DNA of 60,244 nucleotides from an uncultured virus (IMG/VR IMGVR_UViG_3300026522_000958). Lineage: Duplodnaviria > Heunggongvirae > Uroviricota > Caudoviricetes. The notes below the pieces were generated by a model. It was not told where the DNA came from, ran no database searches, and saw nothing but the letters and a program-made list of their open reading frames with translations. Positions 19,559 to 29,891 of the stretch are shown one piece after another. The position numbers and the translations under genes are program-made. Positions within the stretch are counted from its first letter, which is position 1; the number at the start of each line of letters is the position of its first letter. The DNA lies in IMG/VR virus record IMGVR_UViG_3300026522_000958, one strand, 5' to 3'.

Positions 19559-22132
19559 TTATGATGCTCTGTTTCCTGCCATACTTTCAGCAGGTGATGT
19601 CGACATGATCTTAAACAGCTCGGTATCCTTTGGGAAATCGAGCCCGAACGGTATCGTCACAGAGCCTGTATATAAAAGTCCGTGGCCTTTCTGCGCTGTC
19701 TCATTTATGTATTCGAGCTGCATAGCTGAAAGTGAGAACAATTCTGCTAGGTTCTGTCTGTCGATAGGCGAGGACTTGAGCATTATGACAAAAGATGTGT
19801 TGTTGAGTATCGCTCTTCCGTCAGAGCTTCTGTACAGATCCTCGGTATTCTGCATGATGCCAGTCGGTACGCCCATCCACTTACGGGCCATTTTCCAGAT
19901 CTGCTTCAGGTACACTCTCGTGTTGGCTTTCTCGAGCAGGATATGGAACTCATCGATATAAAACCATGTATAGATATGTCTCTTTGCATTTGCCATCATC
20001 CTGTTCCATACATCCTGGATACAGATATGGAGTCCGAGACTCTGCATACCGGATCCGAGACGCTTGATGTTATATATCACGAACTTTCTGTTAGTCTCTA
20101 CGGTGGATCTTCTTGCAAACGTGTTGAAGTTTCCTACCGTATATGATTCGAGGATATCCGCAAGCTCCTGTGCCATGCCGTCTTCTCTCTGATTCCTGAG
20201 CTCCTGATACAGATCCGTAAGCGACGGGCTGAGCTCTTTGTCGAGGGTTACTCCATCAGTCCTTGACTTCATCACCTTAAGGTACGGCTCATATATCCTC
20301 GATATGCACCTGTCGATTATGCTCTTACAGGCAGGCTGGAGCTCACGGCCTTTCCCTAACATGATCTCAAGCATCGATACGACGAAGTCGGACTTCATTG
20401 TGAGAGGATCTGTTTCATCGTCTGAAAGGTCGAGGTCGAGAGGGTTTATGAACTGTCCCGAGCCGGGATACAGGTCGATACGCTGTCCGTGCAGTGCGTC
20501 CGCAAGGGGCCCGTATTCACCCTGAGGATCTATGACAAAGACCTGTGCGTCCTTATGGTTTAAGAGCACGTTTATCATCTCGCACTTTGCTGTAAACGAT
20601 TTACCCGAGCCGGAGCTTCCGAACACGAGCCCGTTATAGTTATCACCCGTCAGCCTGTTGTATAAGACCATCGTATTGGTGGAACCTGACAGGCCGTAGA
20701 AGATGGCATTCTTCTGTGAAAGTGTTTCCTGATAGTACGGGATGAATACGGCAGCTGATTCGGTCGTGCACATCTTCTCGACAAACAGATCGTTTCTCGC
20801 GAGAGGGAGCACCGTCTTCACGCCGAATTCCTGCTGAAACTGGAGCACTCTCAACGGCGCCTGATGGTTTGCCGCCACGCTCTTTACAAGGGCAAGGTTC
20901 TCCTCAAGCTGTTCCTTTGAATCGGCAAAGACCGCCACGGTCATCGTCATGAAGAACAGTCTCTGGTTCCTTGTCGTGATATCTGACATCAGATCGCGGG
21001 CCGAGGCCTGTTTTGCAAGGAGTTCAGGCGGCAGGTCGACGAACAGGCCTTCCTGTGCGTTACGTCTCTGGAGCTTGTCTCCCTGTGCCTCGATGGACGC
21101 CATCTGGCTTCTTACGAGCTTTACGGCTTTCTCATTCTCGATCGGCTCATAGTAAACGGATATGAGCATCGTTGATGCTATTTCAGTCAGCTCTGCGATG
21201 AAGTTTGTCGAGAGCATCGTAGGTACCTTCTGTAAGTACAGGACTGTCCCGTATGTATCCCCAAACTTGAAGTCATTTCCGTTGAATTCCATGCCCTCAG
21301 CCGGTGCGATTATGTCTTTTACGGAAAGTCCCTGTCTTGCTACCTCGTCAAGGTTGATGGAATCTCCGTCAAATACTCCGCCGTAAAGTCTGTAATCCTC
21401 GTCCTGGTTATATATGTCATAGAAAAGTTTCAGTCTCTCCTGTGTAGTCATCGGTTTTGTCTTCTTGCCCGAGATCTTCTTCACACGGTTGTCGACTTCC
21501 GTATCAAGTCTTGACAACACTGATGCGGCATGCTCATCAGACTCATCCTGTATGGATACGGTCAGATATTTGTCCTGCGTGATGCTGTTATTTCCCTTCG
21601 AGAGGTTTCCGAGTATGATCTGGTTCATCTCGTTTCGGTATTTATTCAGTCCGTCGGGCTGAGGGAGTATGCGCAGATCCTTTATGGTCTGCACTTTATC
21701 GATCTTATGGTTGAAGATCGTGACTTCCCATCTCACGTTCGCATCGAAAGTATTTAAAAGATCCATGTATCCCGAGAACATAAGCGACTGCTCTTCGGTT
21801 GTCGCTATCTGGAAGTTTGCGTCTTCGAGATGATAGCATTTCGTATATGTTCCCGGAGAAGTCTCGATAATACCTTCTCTCGTTATTCCTCTGAAAGGCA
21901 CGGAATCACGGACGTTTTTAGGGAGCTTGTCGATCTTTGCGATGGCTTTCAGTTTTTCTCCGATGCCGCCCTTGTTCTTTTTCTTCTGCTGCTTTTTTGT
22001 ACCGTCATCGAGCTTCATCTTTGATGAGCCGTTCGTAGCTTCAGGCTTCGATCTATGAGCCGGTGTCTGTGTCTTCTGCGGCGCTCTTGCTTTTGCGGCG
22101 TGAGCTCTTGCAGCATTGTTTCTGTCTGGCAT
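19559..22132 (-). CDS. virB4: VirB4-like conjugative ATPase
   Basis: GSSGSGKS, VIDPQGEY, YIDEFH, ARKWMG; follows PrgI. Confidence 0.93.
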   Translation of the reverse strand: MPDRNNAARAHAAKARAPQKTQTPAHRSKPEATNGSSKMKLDDGTKKQQKKKNKGGIGEKLKAIAKIDKLPKNVRDSVPFRGITREGIIETSPGTYTKCYHLEDANFQIATTEEQSLMFSGYMDLLNTFDANVRWEVTIFNHKIDKVQTIKDLRILPQPDGLNKYRNEMNQIILGNLSKGNNSITQDKYLTVSIQDESDEHAASVLSRLDTEVDNRVKKISGKKTKPMTTQERLKLFYDIYNQDEDYRLYGGVFDGDSINLDEVARQGLSVKDIIAPAEGMEFNGNDFKFGDTYGTVLYLQKVPTMLSTNFIAELTEIASTMLISVYYEPIENEKAVKLVRSQMASIEAQGDKLQRRNAQEGLFVDLPPELLAKQASARDLMSDITTRNQRLFFMTMTVAVFADSKEQLEENLALVKSVAANHQAPLRVLQFQQEFGVKTVLPLARNDLFVEKMCTTESAAVFIPYYQETLSQKNAIFYGLSGSTNTMVLYNRLTGDNYNGLVFGSSGSGKSFTAKCEMINVLLNHKDAQVFVIDPQGEYGPLADALHGQRIDLYPGSGQFINPLDLDLSDDETDPLTMKSDFVVSMLEIMLGKGRELQPACKSIIDRCISRIYEPYLKVMKSRTDGVTLDKELSPSLTDLYQELRNQREDGMAQELADILESYTVGNFNTFARRSTVETNRKFVIYNIKRLGSGMQSLGLHICIQDVWNRMMANAKRHIYTWFYIDEFHILLEKANTRVYLKQIWKMARKWMGVPTGIMQNTEDLYRSSDGRAILNNTSFVIMLKSSPIDRQNLAELFSLSAMQLEYINETAQKGHGLLYTGSVTIPFGLDFPKDTELFKIMSTSPAESMAGNRAS

Positions 22133-22147
22133 CCTTTTCTCCTTTCC

Positions 22148-22597
22148 TTATTGGTATATCCTGTATTTCTTCTTACTGCTTCGTACTATGGTATTGTTCT
22201 TTTTGTTCTTCAGATACCGCTTCCGCTGTGCTTCCGGCATCTTCTTGAGTCTTGCCTGTTCTTCCTTCTTCAAGATTTTTTCATAAGCTTTCCTGTAAGA
22301 GTTTTGTGCTCTTACTCTCCGCTTTTTCGGCGTCAGTACCGACGAATAGAGTATCCTCATGGAAAATACCTCGAAATGCATCCCTGCCGGTTTTATCCAT
22401 CCGCAGAGGATAAAAGGCATCGCGATAAAGAATGCCACAAAAAGCTTGTTTGATATGTCCTCAAAAGGCAGAAGCAGGGCAATAGGTATGGCGATGGCCG
22501 CACCAAGGCCGACACAGATGGTCTGTCTTAAGGTAAAAGGCCCTAAAAACTTCGTCTCATACTGTCTTATGTCATCTGTCATCTCAACAGTTATCAT
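22148..22597 (-). CDS. prgI: PrgI family membrane protein
   Basis: DIRQYETKFLGPFTLRQ plus two TM segments, upstream of virB4. Confidence 0.9.
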   Translation of the reverse strand: MITVEMTDDIRQYETKFLGPFTLRQTICVGLGAAIAIPIALLLPFEDISNKLFVAFFIAMPFILCGWIKPAGMHFEVFSMRILYSSVLTPKKRRVRAQNSYRKAYEKILKKEEQARLKKMPEAQRKRYLKNKKNNTIVRSSKKKYRIYQ

Positions 22598-22608
22598 ATC
22601 TGCCTCCT

Positions 22609-23628
22609 TTATGCTCCTGCCACATCATTGGCAAGTTCTCCGCCTTTAAGCATCATTCCGATGGATGTGAGGTTTACCGCGATGTCTTCCGCTATATATG
22701 AGAATGCCGCGAAGATACCGCTGTCGTCCTTAAGTTTTTCACCACCAAGCTCTAAAAACTTTATGGTGATCACTGCGACTGCGATGCATATGACGATCTT
22801 TAAGAATGCAGCGAGATACTTTTTTATGTATCTCATGCCCATGCTCCTTACGCCTTCACCGTATATGTCAGCAACAGCGATAGGGAAGAACAGCCTTCTG
22901 AGGCCGAGCTCGATAAGGATCGAAAATCCTACGAAGTATGCCGCGATGATGAGGAGGAATGATCCCACCCACGGCAGGAAGAGCATCGCCATCGCACGCA
23001 GCCAATTCAGAAATCCCAGATGATAGTTCGGGGCTTTTACCTTGAACCCGAGGTTTGCAAGGAACTGTACCGCCCGCTCATCAAGAACTGGCGAGTCACT
23101 CGCTATCATAGCTGTTGTGCTGTTTGACGATATGAATTCCTTTATGATCGTACCGCCTAAGTCTGCTACCCAGTTTATGATGTCAGAGAGCATCATCATG
23201 AAAAAGGCCACTATGAACAGTTCCATCAGGAATTTAAACACTTCTTCCACCGGGTCCTGCCCCCGTTCCATGTTCTGGAACAGATGCACCGCTGCATATC
23301 CTATGGCGATGGCAAATCCTATGATAAGAGCCACGTCATAGAATCCTTTGAAGTCTTCATCAATACTGTCCATCCCTGAGCCCGTCACGTAATCGTAGTA
23401 ATATTTTTCCCCGCCGTCCTTGTCCACTCCGGAATCACTCGGTAGCAGTATCTTGAATATCACACTCGAAGGCCCGCTTAAGATCTGTTTTGTCATGTCA
23501 AACGGGAACCTCTTCCAACTTATCTTTGCCTGGGCGCTCGGAAACCCGATTATGAACACGGCAGCAAACACAAGGAGCAGTATCGAGAACTTTTTTATCT
23601 TTTTTTCTTTTACTGCAAATGTTTCCAA
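22609..23628 (-). CDS. VirB6/TrbL-like polytopic membrane protein
   Basis: Multiple TM helices, IELGLRRLFFPIAVADI...YIKKYLA; position in cluster. Confidence 0.75.
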   Translation of the reverse strand: METFAVKEKKIKKFSILLLVFAAVFIIGFPSAQAKISWKRFPFDMTKQILSGPSSVIFKILLPSDSGVDKDGGEKYYYDYVTGSGMDSIDEDFKGFYDVALIIGFAIAIGYAAVHLFQNMERGQDPVEEVFKFLMELFIVAFFMMMLSDIINWVADLGGTIIKEFISSNSTTAMIASDSPVLDERAVQFLANLGFKVKAPNYHLGFLNWLRAMAMLFLPWVGSFLLIIAAYFVGFSILIELGLRRLFFPIAVADIYGEGVRSMGMRYIKKYLAAFLKIVICIAVAVITIKFLELGGEKLKDDSGIFAAFSYIAEDIAVNLTSIGMMLKGGELANDVAGA

Positions 23629-23696
23629 ATGTTACCTCCTAAAAGAAACAGGCACAGGAATGATCCCATGCCTGCCGTTCTAAAGTATGTCGCTTG

Positions 23697-24080
23697 TTAT
23701 GTTGTAGCGATATAATCTGACCAGGTGACGTTTCCGATCACAAGGCTTACGATAACAAGCATTATCGCTGCGCCGATCTGCATCATCGCCTTCTGTTTTG
23801 CGGGGCCGTCGCCTTCAGAGTTGGCTGATGCATAATGCACGACTCCGAAAACTCCGAATACTGCTGCAAGACCTGTCACAAGTTTTGCAACTATGCCTAC
23901 GATGGCATCAAGCAGTTCGCCAGCGTCGGCGCTTGCACCCATCGCTGCAGGGGCTGATGCCACTGCTACAGTAAATGCCGTTATGACCGGCATTACCTTT
24001 TCCGCATTGAGATATACACGTGCCTTAAAAGCACGAAATACATCTCTCGGCTTTCTCTTTTTCCCATTCCTCATAAACAT
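23697..24080 (-). CDS. VirB2/TrbC pilin-like protein
   Basis: Leader plus two hydrophobic helices separated by DGPAKQKAMMQI. Confidence 0.7.
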   Translation of the reverse strand: MFMRNGKKRKPRDVFRAFKARVYLNAEKVMPVITAFTVAVASAPAAMGASADAGELLDAIVGIVAKLVTGLAAVFGVFGVVHYASANSEGDGPAKQKAMMQIGAAIMLVIVSLVIGNVTWSDYIATT

Positions 24081-24311
24081 TTCCTCCTGTCAAAAGAAAA
24101 GGGTCTTCATGTGTCATGGGATGGCTTTGAATTTCAAAAACTCTAGGAGATCCCATAAGCGGAAGCACTGCCGCACCCCGCCTGATTCAGACTTGGGAGA
24201 TATTTATCACAGAACCGTTTATAAACTGTCTGTATTCTTTATTTTTCATATATGAAAAACCGGCACGGAAATCCGCACCGGTCAGTTTCTCATATATGAA
24301 ATTTGAGCCCC

Positions 24312-26873
24312 TTACTGCGATATCTTGTACTCCATGATAGAGATGTCGGGCTGTATCAGTTTCAGTATGCTCTTTGAGTTTTCTTTTATCGCAGTATCAA
24401 ACTTTTCATCATTGACAGAGCCGTCAGGGTTTTTGAGGGCTTCAGCATCGAATCCCATAGAACTTAAAAGCCCCTGTGCTTCAGCTTCTCCTATCTCAGT
24501 CTCACCGGACATTCCTTCTTTCTGAGCCTTATCAAGGAGTTTCCTGTCGTCATCTGCCTCTTTTGCCTCTCTCCTTCTTGCCTTGTTCTCATCCCTTCTT
24601 GCTTTCTTCATATCGGCTTCATTTCTGTTGTCGGCAGTATATTCAGGAGTCTTCTCCCTTATATCCTCTCCTGCGGCAGCTTTTGCCATCGCCTCAACTG
24701 CCTTGTTTTTCTTTGTTCTCTCCCTGAACGGAAGAAGCTCTTCAGGATCTTTCCTGCTCTTTGATTTGACTTTGAACTTGCCTGCCACACTCTGCGCGTA
24801 CTTGTAGTTCGGATGGTTTATGGTCTTGTATTTAGGTCCCCAGTACAGAGGGAGTCCCCTGATACGAACGATACAGTCATTCTCCCCCATGAGGGCTATC
24901 TTATCAGGAGTGAGAAGGTCTTCACCCGAGTTATTGATACTCGTTGAACCTTCGCCCATCTTCTGGTAGGATTCGTTCATGGTACGTATCGCTGTCTTCC
25001 CGCCTGTTTCGCAGAACCACTTTAAAGTCTCGCTGTCATCGGATCCGAGAAGGATCTTTGCATCGCAGTTACCTGCGAGAGTGTTCCATTTCTTATCGTA
25101 TATCTGCTGGAGTTGTGAGATAGCCTGCAGCACGATCACAACTGAGATCTCGTATTTACGGATGGTGGCCACTTTCTGGTCGAAATCCGGGATCTCGCCG
25201 ATATTTGCGAACTCATCGAGCAGGAACCTCACATGGTTCGGACACTTTGCAGAGCATTTTTCTACTTTTATCTTTGTAAGTCTCTGCTTGAACTCATTTA
25301 TCATCTCTTTCGTTCCGCGCCATGCAACAAGTTCCATGACAGGTTTCCCGTTCTCATCTTTTATGACGTTCCCGTCCTTGTCATGCCGTTTAGTCCAGAG
25401 CTCATAAAGATGTTTCTCCTTATTGTATTTTGTCCTTGTGCCCATCTTTATGTCTTTTACATATCTTTCGATCTCTTCTTTTGCCAGGTCAGAATCAGCT
25501 GCACTCTTTGCCTGCTCGACTTTCAGGATTTCTTTTCCGCTTGTGGGCGGGTCCTTTTTATTTAAAAGGTTGTCAAGAAACGACCGCCTGTACTGGGTCT
25601 TCATCGGAATGTTCGCCTGCCAGCCGTATTCTGCTTCCGTCTCACAGTAGTTATAGAGTGTCATGAAAAGCTGTGAATAAAGAAGAGATACGATAAAGTT
25701 GAAGGTCGTATCGGCTGTAGGGATGACGATGAAGAGTGCCTGCCTCGTATCAGCGAAGTTCTCAAATTCCATCTCGTCCGTCTCTGTAAGGTACTGGATA
25801 TCCGAGAGTTTGAATGTTTCAAGACGTACGCCGACGGAGATGAGGATCGACTTTAAGGTCTTTCCTGCACCGAGCTTGAATGTGTCATACTGCTGTATCG
25901 CAAGGTTGTCAGGGTCTTCCTTCCTGAAGTTCTCAAATATCTTGTCAAGAGGTGATTGTGCTGTATCATCGTTCTCATCCACCGAGCCCATGTTTACGAG
26001 CTTTACCACGTTGTAGAAAGTCTGGTCTTCAGGCGGGCATGTATGCCACAGATAAAGTACGAGAGCTTCTATGAGAAGCTTTTCCGACTTCTCCCAGAAC
26101 GGATCTCCCGAATGTGATTCAGTCGGCGTGGTGTTCTTTATCAGCGTATTCACGAGCACGAACACGTCTTTTTCGGATTTGATATAGTGGAATGGATTAT
26201 ACCGGCTGCTCCGGTACACATCGGTCAGGTTGAACACCTTGACCTTGTACCCATTGTCTTCAAGAGCTTTACCGTAATCACGCACAAGTTCGCCAGACGG
26301 GTCTGTCACGACAAAATTTGCATTGTACTGAAGAATGTTCGGAGAGATGAAAAAGAACGATTTACCGGCGCCGGAACCTCCGATGACGAGCACGTTCGTA
26401 TTACGTTTTGTCTTCTTGTTGTCTATCGCGAGCATCATCTCCTTTGAGAAGATGATGTTGTTTGGGCCGTCATATCTTGCATATCCTATCGGGTCCGTCT
26501 TTTCCATGTCATACTGTTTTTTCTCGGCAGCAGTAAGGAAATGCGCCGAATGTACTTTGTTCGGGTTATCATGTGCTTTCATCTGCGCTGTCAGATAGAA
26601 CATTCCGGCAGCTGTTGCTATGGCAAGCGCGATGCAGATGGTCATAAGGGCATTCTGTTTAAATGCCCCTATGACCTGTCTGAAGCTTACCCCTGTCGGG
26701 TTTGCGAGAACATATGACAGGGCATCTCCCAGGCCTATCCTCGTACTGGTGCTCTGGTACGCCTTTGCCGCAAGATAAAAGTACATGACTACAAGAAGTC
26801 CGATGATGCCTATGACAAGATAGGCTGTTCTTGTATTTTTCTTGTTCTTTTCTTCAAGGATCGGTGATGCCAT
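24312..26873 (-). CDS. virD4: VirD4/TraG type IV coupling protein
   Basis: Two N-terminal TMs, GGSGAGKS, TDPSGEL, DPFWEKSE, LLDEFANIG, LQAISQL. Confidence 0.95.
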   Translation of the reverse strand: MASPILEEKNKKNTRTAYLVIGIIGLLVVMYFYLAAKAYQSTSTRIGLGDALSYVLANPTGVSFRQVIGAFKQNALMTICIALAIATAAGMFYLTAQMKAHDNPNKVHSAHFLTAAEKKQYDMEKTDPIGYARYDGPNNIIFSKEMMLAIDNKKTKRNTNVLVIGGSGAGKSFFFISPNILQYNANFVVTDPSGELVRDYGKALEDNGYKVKVFNLTDVYRSSRYNPFHYIKSEKDVFVLVNTLIKNTTPTESHSGDPFWEKSEKLLIEALVLYLWHTCPPEDQTFYNVVKLVNMGSVDENDDTAQSPLDKIFENFRKEDPDNLAIQQYDTFKLGAGKTLKSILISVGVRLETFKLSDIQYLTETDEMEFENFADTRQALFIVIPTADTTFNFIVSLLYSQLFMTLYNYCETEAEYGWQANIPMKTQYRRSFLDNLLNKKDPPTSGKEILKVEQAKSAADSDLAKEEIERYVKDIKMGTRTKYNKEKHLYELWTKRHDKDGNVIKDENGKPVMELVAWRGTKEMINEFKQRLTKIKVEKCSAKCPNHVRFLLDEFANIGEIPDFDQKVATIRKYEISVVIVLQAISQLQQIYDKKWNTLAGNCDAKILLGSDDSETLKWFCETGGKTAIRTMNESYQKMGEGSTSINNSGEDLLTPDKIALMGENDCIVRIRGLPLYWGPKYKTINHPNYKYAQSVAGKFKVKSKSRKDPEELLPFRERTKKNKAVEAMAKAAAGEDIREKTPEYTADNRNEADMKKARRDENKARRREAKEADDDRKLLDKAQKEGMSGETEIGEAEAQGLLSSMGFDAEALKNPDGSVNDEKFDTAIKENSKSILKLIQPDISIMEYKISQ

Positions 26874-26889
26874 AATTAAAATCCCTTCC

Positions 26890-28296
26890 TTATCTCACGG
26901 TCTCTTCAGACTTCTCTGTCGTTGTGGTCTTTGTGATGTACTGTGAAGTCTTTTCTTTTGATTCCTTTACCTCTTCCTTTGAGACCGCATGGGCTTCTCT
27001 CTCAGTGACTTCCATAGACATGAGCTTCTGTATGGATATTCTGTAATCGGCAGGGCTTATCCCGGCCTCATCCATCGTCTCCTTTAATGCCTGCATGTCT
27101 TCATCCCTGTACGGCTCCACAGCCTGCCCTTTTTCGAGTCCGTCCATTATGGCAAAGACTTCGTTTCTGTAGCTCTTGAAGCCGTCTGCCGGATAATCCC
27201 TGTACTTCTCGTCAAATGAAGTCGTCTTTATCATGGAATTCATCCTGTCTGCTATGGTGGTCTCTGCCTGGCTTACGGCGTACTGCTCTCTTGTCTTTTC
27301 AAGACGTTCCGGCTCCACCGTGCGTTCTTTTGTTTTTCTGTGCTCTTCAAAGCTTTCGTAGTCTGAGATGATCGCCTTGTTCATGATGCGGTCTGTTGCC
27401 CTGATGAGTTCGACATCATAGTCAGGGTCCGTGCTCTTCAAGTCCATCAGTACTTCAGGATGGGTCTTTCCCCTTCTGTCAGGACGGTCTTCTACATACC
27501 TGAAGCCTTTTGCCACAGCCCTGCCAGAAGATTCGTCTTTTTCCGTATAGAATTCCACGTATCTCGACGGATCATCAGCCGATACGAGCCACTGCGTCCT
27601 GTCATCATCTTTAAGTGCCGCTATCTTCTTTGCCATAGCGGCATCATTCTCAAGCTGATGTATCTTGGTCACTCCGTTCGGTCCGTAAAGACTCATTACA
27701 TGTTTTACTGCCGCTTCGCAGAAATCGGTCCTGCACGGGTTCATCTCATATGCCTTCTGGCTGTGGAGCATGGCATTATACGACCCGTCGGGGTTTTTAT
27801 GTTCACCTATCATGAAGCCTTTTGATATGTCATTGCACTTTCTTTTTAGGTTTTCCATTTCATAGCCGTTGAGACCTTTTATCTCAATGACGTTCTTGTT
27901 CCGGATCTTTTCAGTACGTGCGATAGCGTCCTCAAGCTCGTCGGAATTTACCACCTGGTAATAGTCTCCTTTTGCGATAAGACACTGTCTGTTGACTTCC
28001 TTTACCTTCTCAAGGTCAACATCTCTTACGATGAGCTTCCCTGTAAGGTCTTTTACATACGGGACTTTCTGTCTCTCCAGTTCGGCCATGACCATATCCT
28101 TCATGTACCTGCCCTGGATATCATATGTATATATCCCGTTGCCTTCCTTTATCCATTTGGCCAGAGCTCTTGCCGAGGCACCCTGGTCGTTTTTCTGTAT
28201 CATGTCCGCGAGGGCATCGAGTATCCTTGCGATCATCTCTGCTGTAGCTTTCGTTATCTTTCCTGCTGACTGTATGGCACTCTGCGCTGTTTCCAT
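26890..28296 (-). CDS. conjugation-associated hypothetical protein (PcfB-like position)
   Basis: 468-aa ORF directly upstream of virD4. Confidence 0.7.
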   Translation of the reverse strand: METAQSAIQSAGKITKATAEMIARILDALADMIQKNDQGASARALAKWIKEGNGIYTYDIQGRYMKDMVMAELERQKVPYVKDLTGKLIVRDVDLEKVKEVNRQCLIAKGDYYQVVNSDELEDAIARTEKIRNKNVIEIKGLNGYEMENLKRKCNDISKGFMIGEHKNPDGSYNAMLHSQKAYEMNPCRTDFCEAAVKHVMSLYGPNGVTKIHQLENDAAMAKKIAALKDDDRTQWLVSADDPSRYVEFYTEKDESSGRAVAKGFRYVEDRPDRRGKTHPEVLMDLKSTDPDYDVELIRATDRIMNKAIISDYESFEEHRKTKERTVEPERLEKTREQYAVSQAETTIADRMNSMIKTTSFDEKYRDYPADGFKSYRNEVFAIMDGLEKGQAVEPYRDEDMQALKETMDEAGISPADYRISIQKLMSMEVTEREAHAVSKEEVKESKEKTSQYITKTTTTEKSEETVR

Positions 28297-28498
28297 TAAA
28301 CCTGTCCTTTCCCGTGATCTGCCGCGAGCTGTCCCGCATTTTTACTTCTAAGATTTGGGATACGGGAAAATTTCACTGGTTTTTAGGCAAAACGGGTATC
28401 GTCAGGTGGTAGTTTTCATATATGAAAAATCAGGAATTTCTATATATGAAAAAGTATCTGCTCTGTTTCTGCCACATCTATACCGCCAGAAGGATATG

Positions 28499-28507
28499 TG
28501 CTATAAT
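28499..28507 (+). promoter_or_regulatory. extended -10 element (TGcTATAAT)
   Basis: Upstream of gene 28540, with a palindrome just downstream (core 28512). Confidence 0.5.
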
Positions 28508-28539
28508 TTTCCATATATGAAAAACAGGAGGAATACAGG

Positions 28540-29292
28540 ATGTTCGAAAAGGAAAAAGAAGAACCGTGGTATATAAATTCAGAAGGGTTTCAATTCATTG
28601 ACCCCGAGACGAACAGATTTGTCGAAGGATTCACGCCTGAACAGCAGCGGGCACTCGTATGGGCCATTGGCAACGGGTATAGTGTGAGACGCGCGGCCTT
28701 TAAGAAGATTCCAGCTGTCCTCATGCCGTCTGTTGCGATGTTCCTTGATACTCCGCTTGCCCAGAAATTGGACCATCCGGGCAGGTCGATGTACAAAGGG
28801 CTCATGAAACAGGACGCATACAGTGAAGAGATCGTGAAATGGCTGTTATCGCTTCCTGATGATAAAAAGGCGAAAGCAGACTGGATTGTCTTATCAGAAG
28901 ACAGTCCTGAAGCAGGCTATGACTATCTGCACTCCATTCATGCCTGTTTCAATAACATGGGAATAATAAGAAAGAAACTGGTATCGCCAGAAGACTGCGG
29001 AGCCGTGGTCTTTGCATATCTTGCAAGAGCAAAAGACTGGGGCAGCAGGAAGTTTGATCCGATACTTAAGGAAGCAAACAGGTGGTATAAAAAGCACGGG
29101 GTATACGACATTCCACCCAAGGAAAAGACTGTCCTGGAATCGATGTGCTATTCAGCCGGCGATTATATGACCCCGGCTTCTATCGCACCCGGGCTCAATG
29201 AGCAGATAGACAGGAAGAAAATATACATAGCGGCCGGAGAAGTCCCTCTACCTTATATACCGATACCCCATGCCAATGACGGACAAAAATGA
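28540..29292 (+). CDS. hypothetical protein, divergent from tra operon
   Basis: 250-aa ORF with AGGAGG RBS and downstream terminator. Confidence 0.8.
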   Translation: MFEKEKEEPWYINSEGFQFIDPETNRFVEGFTPEQQRALVWAIGNGYSVRRAAFKKIPAVLMPSVAMFLDTPLAQKLDHPGRSMYKGLMKQDAYSEEIVKWLLSLPDDKKAKADWIVLSEDSPEAGYDYLHSIHACFNNMGIIRKKLVSPEDCGAVVFAYLARAKDWGSRKFDPILKEANRWYKKHGVYDIPPKEKTVLESMCYSAGDYMTPASIAPGLNEQIDRKKIYIAAGEVPLPYIPIPHANDGQK

Positions 29293-29303
29293 CACATGAG
29301 CAC

Positions 29304-29337
29304 AAAAAAGCAGCCTCCGTAAAGGAAGCTGTTTTTT
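29304..29337. terminator. bidirectional intrinsic terminator
   Basis: AAAAAAGCAGCCTCCGTAAAGGAAGCTGTTTTTT between convergent genes. Confidence 0.7.
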
Positions 29338-29356
29338 CTTAAGCGGGTATATCACA

Positions 29357-29704
29357 TTATGAAAAGGTGATGTCTCCGTCATCAGCCGGAGTATCAGTAG
29401 GTGCATCTGCAGCACCTGACTGGCTCTTTGCAGGCTTGGCATTTTTGTAGGCCTCCAGCACTGCGTCGATAGCTGCCTGGCGGTCCTCCTTTGTGATTGG
29501 GTGAGCGGTCTCGATATAACCATCCTTACCATCCTTGTCCTTACCCTTTCTCTGAGGGTAGGTAACATAAAGCTGACCGTCGCTCTTACGCTCACGAACG
29601 TGAACGTCGATGGCGAATCCTCCTCCAATAACGAGAGACCCAAGGCCTACAAGGCCTTTGCCATCTGAATACTTCGTGATCCTTGCTGTGTACTTGTTGT
29701 CCAT
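29357..29704 (-). CDS. spoVG: SpoVG family nucleic-acid-binding protein
   Basis: LYVTYPQRK...GYIETAHPITKEDRQ...VLEAY; AAGGAGG RBS. Confidence 0.85.
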   Translation of the reverse strand: MDNKYTARITKYSDGKGLVGLGSLVIGGGFAIDVHVRERKSDGQLYVTYPQRKGKDKDGKDGYIETAHPITKEDRQAAIDAVLEAYKNAKPAKSQSGAADAPTDTPADDGDITFS

Positions 29705-29788
29705 GATTAGTTCCTCCTTATAGAACTGTGATAAAAATAATTGGTACACTTTAGTTATGGGAGAAAGGTCTTACTTTGGATGGAAAGC

Positions 29789-29832
29789 GTGAACTACTCG
29801 GAAACAAGTTCCTGAGAATTCCCGCCCGATTT
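29789..29832 (-). mobile_element. 44-bp fused left/right-end IS605 remnant (PATE-like)
   Basis: TTAAG|AAATCGGGCGGGAATTCTCAGGAACTTGTTTCCGAGTAGTTCAC matches both ends of element 52281-52578. Confidence 0.7.
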
Positions 29833-29891
29833 CTTAAAAAAGCGGACGCCCTTTCGGATGTCCGCCGCTGCATGTCCTATTATATCAGACA

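Noticed and set aside
10579..28296. Relaxase or oriT in the tra region
   Set aside because: No HUH relaxase motifs or recognisable nic site; probably outside the window
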